Shown: in pieces, positions 45,901-64,000 of the stretch
Position numbering within the stretch: position 1 is the first letter of the stretch
Layout of the letters: every line of letters starts with the position of its first letter
NCBI GenBank assembly: GCA_949358305.1
Contig: OX442314.1
Location: 19,468,001-19,532,000, forward strand
Direction of reading: 5' to 3'
DNA: 64,000 nucleotides
From: Strigamia acuminata
Taxonomy: Eukaryota
The notes under the pieces: model-generated
The model's input: only the letters and a program-made list of their open reading frames with translations
Database searches by the model: none
Told to the model about the DNA's origin: nothing
Translations under genes and position numbers: made by a program

Positions 45901-48900
45901 TTGTTAATTGCATTTAATTTTGATATGAATGTGAAGTATGTAACCGGACACATCAAACGAACAATGTTGCCAAGGATTACGGTTTCTTCTTTATAGTTCT
46001 TGTACCGGTAGTATAATTAAAAGTAATCACGTCACTCATATCTATACTAAGTTAATTTCTTTAATTACAGCCATGAAAATAGTTACGCACACGTTTGGAG
46101 AAATTTCTGTTCAGCTTTAAGATCCTGGACAAGTTAAGAAACTCGTATTATTGACAAAGCGTTTGTGCTCTGTATATCAAATGAACTATCCAAATAAAAA
46201 CTGGTTGAGAATCTTGCGGGTGGATTCTCACCAAACATCACCTCAAATAAGCAGCAACTTTCTCTTGGGAAAAGTACACCTCGGCAAAGAAAACCTACGA
46301 AATTAACATTCCATTAACACAAGCAATCGATATTCGAAATTATCAACACAATTACAAAATCAATCTTCTTTGCAAACAATAAAAACATCACCGGGCGATC
46401 AAATCCTAACAAGATTTTATATTCCATACAAGTTGTTCCCAGTATTTGATGACACGACATCACAAATTTGTTTACGATCTCTCATGAAACCCCACACATC
46501 AGTCACGTAATTGTCCGACATCCATTAAAGTGCATTCCAAACTAAAACAATAAAAGAAACACGCCTTCCTAATTAGAAACTCACACAGTACCGTCCACTT
46601 CTACTGTTTGCATTCTGTTCAATCTTTCTCACCAGAGCCAATTTAATCATTTCAGCGTTACACTTAAATTAAAAAAAAAAACAAAAAAACTTGGTAACAT
46701 CCAATGATTAATCTTCAATACGGTGACAGCATGACAGATTCCCATCAGAATCCATTGCATGTTGACAATAAAAGAGAGTTGTGAAGCATTTATTTAGTTA
46801 GCTAATGGCATTTCATTCAATTTGTATGAAAACAATAACAGAGGGGCTGGTAGGAGATGTTGCCTAAATACTCGAATCATTCCTGCAGCTAATCGATCAA
46901 CGATGATTCAGACGAATATAAGAATAATATAACGGTCCCCTACAATAAAAACACAAAGAAACAAATGAAACAAACGCTGCTTAATGTGTGTTGTCATCTG
47001 CTCCAAGCTTCATAGTTGTTTTCGGCTATCAACTGGAAAAAACAAGCTATTGTTTGCTTGAGATAAGCTAATATAACAGCGCCAAAATATCAGATTCTTC
47101 TTTTTGTTGCTGCTATTTTGCAACTTTCAATTAGAGCACTATGCAACCCTTGTTTCGGTGGATTTGCCCCATTTCAATGCCATGGAACATTACAAACGAC
47201 TTGCAGACTCTCTCGTCAGTCTTCCATTTTAAATCACATCGGCTCTAAATAGTTCCATCACATTTGTAACTAGCTGTAATTGTGTAATCCGTCAGACAGG
47301 AGAATAGCGTCGTGATTGAAAATAAGCATGTCGAATCGTTTATTTCAATTCAATAGGGCGATAAAGTTGGAATTAAATAATCGATAAGTTGAATTAATTG
47401 AGGGAATTAACGGGTGACTCAGCAGATGGTCATCATCATTTTCCACATTTATCCATATACAGATCTCACCGGAAAGGTAGACACATAAAATACTTAAAGA
47501 GCAATTACGATAATGACTCAAAAAATTCCCCTTCTCGTGGAAAAATCGTGACCTGATAATCCGAACTGTTGTCTAGGTAACTAACTTGGCCAAAGCCTGT
47601 TTTTGTACTGTTTTTTTCATTCAATTATTACAAAAAAATATATATATATTCTAAAAAAAAATATTTCCCCAAGAGTTTGCAAACAAATTAATATTTAGCA
47701 TTTTAACGCGTTGCATTTTGCATTTATTTGGCCTGCTGCGGTGCTATTATTCAATTAAAAGCAATTGTCAGCTGCAATTAAAATTCCTGCTTTGAATTTT
47801 GTAGTCCGGACACTTAATTGAATAAATTGCGGGTAAATCTGAAGCAAATCATTACAGCTTCGGTTCCTATATAAATTTTTTTTTTGTCTAAAAAAGACCC
47901 AAAGAGAGAGAGAGAAATGAAAAGATAAAAAGGAAACTAGAAAAAAAAATTGTTTCATTTGAGAAAGTGCACAATAGCAAAGTTTCAAGTTTGTCAATAT
48001 GCCATAAATTGTGGCTGACAGGAGTTTTCCGATGGAGGTGGAATTTCAACAGATGATTTAGAGCTGCTGTCCATTCAACTCCTCCTTCCCTTGTTCATTA
48101 GTTTTTCCATCTTTTTCAATCCCTATTTTCCACAAAATGTTAGCAGAAACAAAAGAAATTAAAAAGCAATCAATAACAGAAATTTTCTTCCGTTGCATCA
48201 ATTTTCTAAGCAGCTGCTCCAGCACAACAACTAAAAAAAAATCAATCTTAAAAACCGTAAAACTTGTACACGAAAATTCGATTTTTATGATTGCTACATT
48301 GTATCGCTACTGCAGGACGAACAAATGAAATACCCAAAACTGTTTGGACATCATCTGGAGAATTGAAAACGACTTTTGTAAGATAATCCTTACGGGCTGC
48401 TATAAAATAAGTTCGATTTTTGTAAAATGTGGTGTAAATACCATAAAAAGTCTGCAAGTGTGGACGTGATTGGGCAGTCGTTACATGGTAATTTTCTGTA
48501 ATGATTTGTTGACCCAAAGGCACCAATTTCTGACTTTTTCAGTAAAATTTATCTGCCAGCTTTCATATAGGACAGGATAAGTTGTAGTTATACCACCACT
48601 ATGTAGGTTAGGGCCAGAAGAAATATGTCATCGATTTAAAACTGAATGTTAGGGCAAACGATCCCAAAGTCGACGGCAATGCCAATTTTGCCATAAATAA
48701 CTGTACAAAGTTTAACTTTCCCAAACTTCAGTCCAAAAATCCCAAGTTCAGTAAAGTTATATAAAGTATTAAAATACAAAGACCAAAGTCACACGATAAT
48801 TAATGGGGCAATCCCGCCAAAATTAAATCAACCAGATGGGCCTCAACTTTGCACTCCTAAAACAATTTCAAAAAATTTCAATCCAAAATAACACGAAATA

Positions 48901-50269
48901 ATCACACCCACTTGTTTCCATGCTCCCTGCGACTGAAAACAGACTGAATCGGTCGCCATTTTTGAAGGTTAATCGAGATAAGCAGTTGGAAATGTTGTTT
49001 AAAATGCTGGTTCGTCTAAATTACTTAATGAATACGCCTACGGTTTAATTTCTTAAGATAACCTGGACCAACCGAACCAACAACACTAATGAATTCTTAT
49101 TCCTAAGTTTGTTAGTTTACTGAATTAAAGAATTACCTACCTATGATGGCATTGGACGGCTGATGGAATTACCTAACCGTTGCTCCTGCTTAGTAAAACA
49201 ATAGGAAAAAAAATCAAATTACTTTTTATGTTGTAACCTGAATGAATTATTATTGAATTACAAAACATTGCTACCCTCATCTAGTGATACTCTCAAATTG
49301 CATTTTTTAACTAGTAATTACATAATTTCCTTTTTAAGTGACCCCTATTTTTCCAACGCTCATTCATATCAGACATTAAAAAATTTATTATGAAATTAAA
49401 ATAATATATGGATAATTACAGCAATAAAAACTCGAGTTAAGCTGTGGAGTGCCAAGTGCTGAAAGATATAGTTACCTCAATTTAAATGTAAAAAAAATAA
49501 AATAATAATACAACGATAATGACATAGATTAAATGCCACCATTTTGCTTCAATTATTATGCAACAATCAAATCGAGTCAGATTCAATATCAATCTTACTA
49601 TCATTGTTTAATTAAAAACACATTTACATCCGCCATTTTACATCACAAATGAAATTACTCCAACTCGTTAAACAAAAAATAAAAAAAACGATTAATGAGT
49701 GATTAATGAATGGAACGCCTATATTTATGGTGCCTTGTTTTTCGGAAGATGTTTCTGTCCTAACTTAATGAATCATTCTAACGACTCTTTCAATTCAATG
49801 AATCTTCTCCCAGTAAATTTAAAAAATAAAATTTAGATGATTGAAATAATGCCTAGGAGATAATTAAAACAGGATTTTATGACCATTCACAGACACGAAG
49901 CCATAAATTCCACATGGCTGCTACATCCGAATAAAATATTTAATTTTGGTGAGCCCTACCCCCACATTACTATTTATTTTCGAAATTACTACTGAAAGTC
50001 CTATTGCTAAATAGAAATATTTTCGATTACAAACCCAGCTTAAATTTGGTATTTTGGCGCCACACACGCCAACGTTCTATCAACATTAATAGCATAAGAG
50101 GGAATGCGTTGGGTTTCGCAAGAATGCATTTTATATCACATTTTTGCATGCTATTAGTTTGCAAATGATAATATATTTTGTAAAATATATTTAAATAATG
50201 CATTTCATAATATATTTTACAAAATATAATTAATTCCGCAAAATGCTATACATTTGGAATGCATTAAGT

Positions 50270-50574
50270 CAGCGGTCGGCAACTGGCGGACCGCGGAAGG
50301 TCGGAACTTGGACCACGGTGACGTTTTAGCGACGTTTTTCCCTCGGTTTCTTTGGTTTTTCAGTGTTTTTTTCTTCTTCTTGTTTTTCCTGTTTTTTTCA
50401 TGTTTTTTAGGTTCTATTGGCATTTTTTGGGTTGTGTGTGTTTATTGGGGGATTTATTTGGTTTTTAAGTGTTTTCTTAGGTTTTTAGTAAGGTTTTTAA
50501 GTGTTCTTTTCTAGACCTCGATAAAAATTTTCAATAGTATCCGGACCCCACTTAAAATTACTTGCCGACCCCTG
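50270..50574. mobile_element. hAT-family non-autonomous element (MITE)
   Basis: Terminal inverted repeats CAGCGGTCGGCAA / TTGCCGACCCCTG and a perfect 8-bp target-site duplication CATTAAGT (50262-50269, 50575-50582). Confidence 0.88.
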
Positions 50575-51420
50575 CATTAAGTGATAATCAATTACAAGGG
50601 CCCGATCATATTGTCGGCAGAATTATTAATTTTCCCCCCCTGTATCAGCTGTACTTGACGTGGTTAGTTTACTTCCTGAAAATCCCAGGTTTGATTATCA
50701 GTCGCTTAGAATAATTAGAAGTGAAACGAGTGATGATATTTCCTGAGTTAAAATCTCAAGGACTATAAGTGCTGCAGAATCAGCAATTGTGAAGTCGGTG
50801 CATCAGTATTAAACCGAAAATTAATTCCAAAGACTTAAAAAATTACATATTATAATTATTATTTTTTCCTTGCTATTTCATCGCTGAAAATGAAAAGAAT
50901 TAATAACAAACAGACAGACATAACCAAATTATCATGGACAATTCTAACAATATTTATTGCCTTCAACAACACAACCTACAGGAAATACAATCTTTAGGAA
51001 GAAAAAAAAAATAAGGTCAAAAACTTCTCAAATTTAAGTGTAATCTACGTTTAAACTATTTTTAAAAATTAAAAAATAAAAAATAAAAATGAAAAGCACA
51101 GTTTATAATGAAAAAATTTACACTTTAGTTATTTTTTCTTTTGTCTTCATTTGAAAAGTTATTTGCACAAAATATCAAAGTTGTACTCCAAATATGAAAC
51201 ATTTAAGATTTCTTAAATACTAAATGTCGTACGTCCACAAGTTAACGAGTTGAATATTACAAAGAAGTCTCGAATCCGGAATCGTCTTGCCAATTGTCTT
51301 ACCTCAAAATCTTTATCTTTAAACTTTTAACTTGATTTGCTTTCATTTCCCTTCTTTAGTCATAATCAACTCCAATCTTGTGAACCCAGATGTAGAAAAA
51401 AAAATGTTACAAATCGTACT

Positions 51421-61235
<9,815 letters not shown>

Positions 61236-61881
61236 CTTTGCTGGTACGATGAACTTATCTTATAACTTTTTGGACATAAATGACCTATCTGTCAATGGAA
61301 ATATGGCGCTGTTTGCACCAAAATACCACCCTTCTTTGGCTCACCCCCCCAACGGCAACATGACAAAGGGGAAATAGTCATACTTTGATCTGCTCATGCG
61401 CAGAATTTGCGGTTCTTGCTAAAAAATTAAAATCAAGAGCATTTCCGGTATTGGTTAGTTTTATTACAATTTTTCGTGAAGTAATTGTTTTTTTTTTTTT
61501 GTCTAAAATATGACAAACGAAAAAAAAGGTTTAAAATTTATAAATTTTTTTTTAAATTAATAATTTTTTATAAACCGATATTTTCCTTTATATTTTTTAA
61601 TTATCAATCATCGAGAAATTAAATAAAGAAACAGTAAAAAACGAAGTTTTGTCGGAAATTTGTTCTTATTGGTGTTGTAATTCACTCGTAGAGCTACCGT
61701 AATCGGATAGTAGTTTTCGGTTTCGTTGTTGTATTCCTCGCTGAGTGTGACGTCACCAGTGTGATTTTAAGCCACTTCCGTTTGTACAGGTACATGTGAT
61801 CTAGCCTTAATTTCTGATGTCCCGGAATGAATTAAATTTTGATTACCTTTGCTTTGTGTTTCTTAGATGACGAATTAACTG
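61236..61881. promoter_or_regulatory. Probable bidirectional promoter region between Mi-2 and mib2
   Basis: Divergent start codons are about 650 bp apart. CRE TGACGTCA at 61748, ETS-like CACTTCCG near 61773, TGCGCA near 61397. Confidence 0.55.
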
Positions 61882-64000
61882 ATGCAACGGTCTGCAGACA
61901 TCGAGGTTGGTTTGCGAGTTGTCCGCGGATCCGATTGGAAATGGGGCAACCAGGATGACGGTGAAGGACATGTTGGTACAGTAGTTGAGATAGGAAAACC
62001 CGGCAGTTCCACTTCTCCGGACAAAACTGTGGTTGTTCAGTGGGATTCAGGTTCCCGAACAAATTACAGAGTCGGCTATCAAGGTGCTTACGACCTACGA
62101 ATTCTAGATAATGCACCGATCGGTAAGGAAAAACGAGGCGGGATTTTTGCACGCAAACATTAAATCAATTTCTAATCGAAATTTTACGTAAAAACAAGAT
62201 TTCGTACAATTTTATTTGTATTTCAAGGTGTTAAACATCCGAATATTATCTGTGACGCTTGTCGAAAGCATGGAATTCCCGGGATACGATGGAAATGTTC
62301 ACGATGTTACGACTTCGACTTGTGCACACACTGTTACATGGCAGACAAACACGATCTGGCGCATCCATTTGTGCGAATTGAAACAGCGTCATCAGTCGGG
62401 TTAGTATTTTGCCGAATGTTTCGTGTTTCCAAAGACTTAATTTTAATTTTTTAATTTTCTAATTTTCGGGTTAAAAGAGTGGAAATGCTTATAAGAGCTG
62501 GTGCTTTGAAAATACAGGCTAAAGGAATTTTCGTGGGCGCTAAAGTCGTACGAGGACCCGATTGGGACTGGGGAAACCAAGATGGTTTGTATTTGACGAT
62601 ATTAACATGAATATTTTAGTTGATTAATTTTTTTTTTTTTTTTTTTTTAAAAGGGGGAGACAGTAAAACTGGTCGTGTGATAGACATTCGTGGTTGGGAT
62701 AATGAGTCGGGACGCAGTGTTGCTAATGTAACGTGGACATCTGGCTCTACAAACGTGTATCGGCTCGGTCATAAGGGAAAAGTCGATTTAAAATATATTC
62801 AAGAAGCGTCCGGAGGATTTTATTACAGAGATCATTTACCCACTTTAGGTTTGCAAATTTTACGGCCGATTTTAGCGTTTAATTTATTTAATTTTATTTT
62901 TTTTTAGGTGATATTGTTGAACAGCAAGCTGCGAGATCAATTACGTATAAACACACTTCGTTCAGCGTTGGCGACAAAGTAAAAGTCTTATTGGACGTGG
63001 AGATGTTAAAAGGCATGCAGGAAGGACATGGTGGATGGAATCCACGAATGGCAGAAGTTAGTTGAAATGTTTTAATTCGAAAACTTTCAGATTTAATTGT
63101 TTGTTTTTTTGCAGTACGTTGGAAAAATCGGAACTGTGCACCGCGTCACTGAACGAGGCGATATAAGAGTGCAATACGAAGGCTGCAACAACCGGTGGAC
63201 ATTTCATCCAGCAGCTTTAGCCAAAGTTGTATTTCATACGTTAAAAACTTGCAGTGCGTAACATTGCAATTGCAAAATTAAATTTCAGATTAATACTTTT
63301 GCTGTTGGGGACATTGTAAGAATACTAGACGACATGGTAAAAGTGAAAGAACTACAGAAAGGTCATGGAGAATGGATTGACATCATGAAAAATGTAAAAG
63401 ATTTATTATAAATTTATTATTATTATATTATTTTTATTATATTCAGGTGTTGGGCAAAACCGGTAAAGTTATAAAAGTTTATTCCGATGGCGATCTCAGA
63501 GTGAATGTCGAAGGACAGACATGGACTTTTAATCCTTTAACGGTAATTGCCATACCCGGTTCGGCAGCTGAACTGAGCAATACGATGACAGCTAACGAGA
63601 GAGAGGAACACACTAGTAAATACAAATTCTTAATTTATTTCTATTAGAAATTGTGATTTAATTGATTTTTGTGTCATTTCTAGATCCATTTACATCGTTA
63701 ATATCTCAGTTTTTGGAACAACATTTGGAAAGCACGACTGTTGACAGATTAGTGCGAGAAGCGGCTCAGGGTCACATCGATGTTATAAAGGAGTTATTAC
63801 AAAAATTTCCGGAAAAGGTAACAAAAATTTAATGTTTGTTTACTCATTATTTATTAACCTAGACATAATATTACATCGTTTATAGGTCGATACCAAGAGT
63901 TCTGGGAAAACAGCTTTACAAGTAGCTAGTCATCAAGGCCATCTTGAAATTGTAGCATTACTGTTAGCATGTAATGCGAATTTAGAGATTCAAGATGATG
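61882..64000 (+). CDS. mib2: E3 ubiquitin ligase mind bomb 2, 5' part (runs off the window)
   Basis: MIB/HERC2 domain [45 protein letters not shown] finger (CDAC..RWKC..CYDFDLC..CY), a second MIB/HERC2, two Mib repeats ([14 protein letters not shown]) and the start of the ankyrin repeats ([13 protein letters not shown]). The exact start codon is uncertain. Confidence 0.92.

Noticed and set aside
48030..48090. ATTCAACTCCTCC, resembling part of miR-1175
   Set aside because: The seed region is absent and the flanks do not form a clean pre-miRNA hairpin.

Overview
AT-rich animal (probably arthropod) nuclear DNA with short introns of about 50-75 nt. Left to right: a 12-exon GPR158-like class C GPCR (1922-13874, +), whose first intron holds a Tc1/mariner-type foldback MITE and a very young Ty1/copia LTR retrotransposon (4737-8977; 184-bp LTRs differing at one base, ACATT target-site duplication, intact pol, apparently 5'-deleted gag). 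Next is a locally duplicated block with two atypical DUSP phosphatases, a divergent non-RD Ser/Thr kinase with a GC-AG intron, a BTB-BACK-Kelch gene and decayed fragments of three neighbouring genes. A probable small membrane-protein gene and an Activin-beta gene (25985-30419) follow, then about 20 kb with no recognisable conserved CDS (candidate regulatory islands, a possible spliced sORF/lncRNA, a hAT MITE). The window ends with a Mi-2/CHD3-4-5 remodeller (-) carrying a clear U12-type intron, head-to-head with the 5' part of mind bomb 2. I found no convincing wholly new biological system. The best leads are the gag-deleted but recently inserted copia, the duplication with a remodelled DUSP paralog, the non-RD kinase and several unannotated small spliced ORFs. 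All calls come from reading the sequence by eye; no database searches were run.
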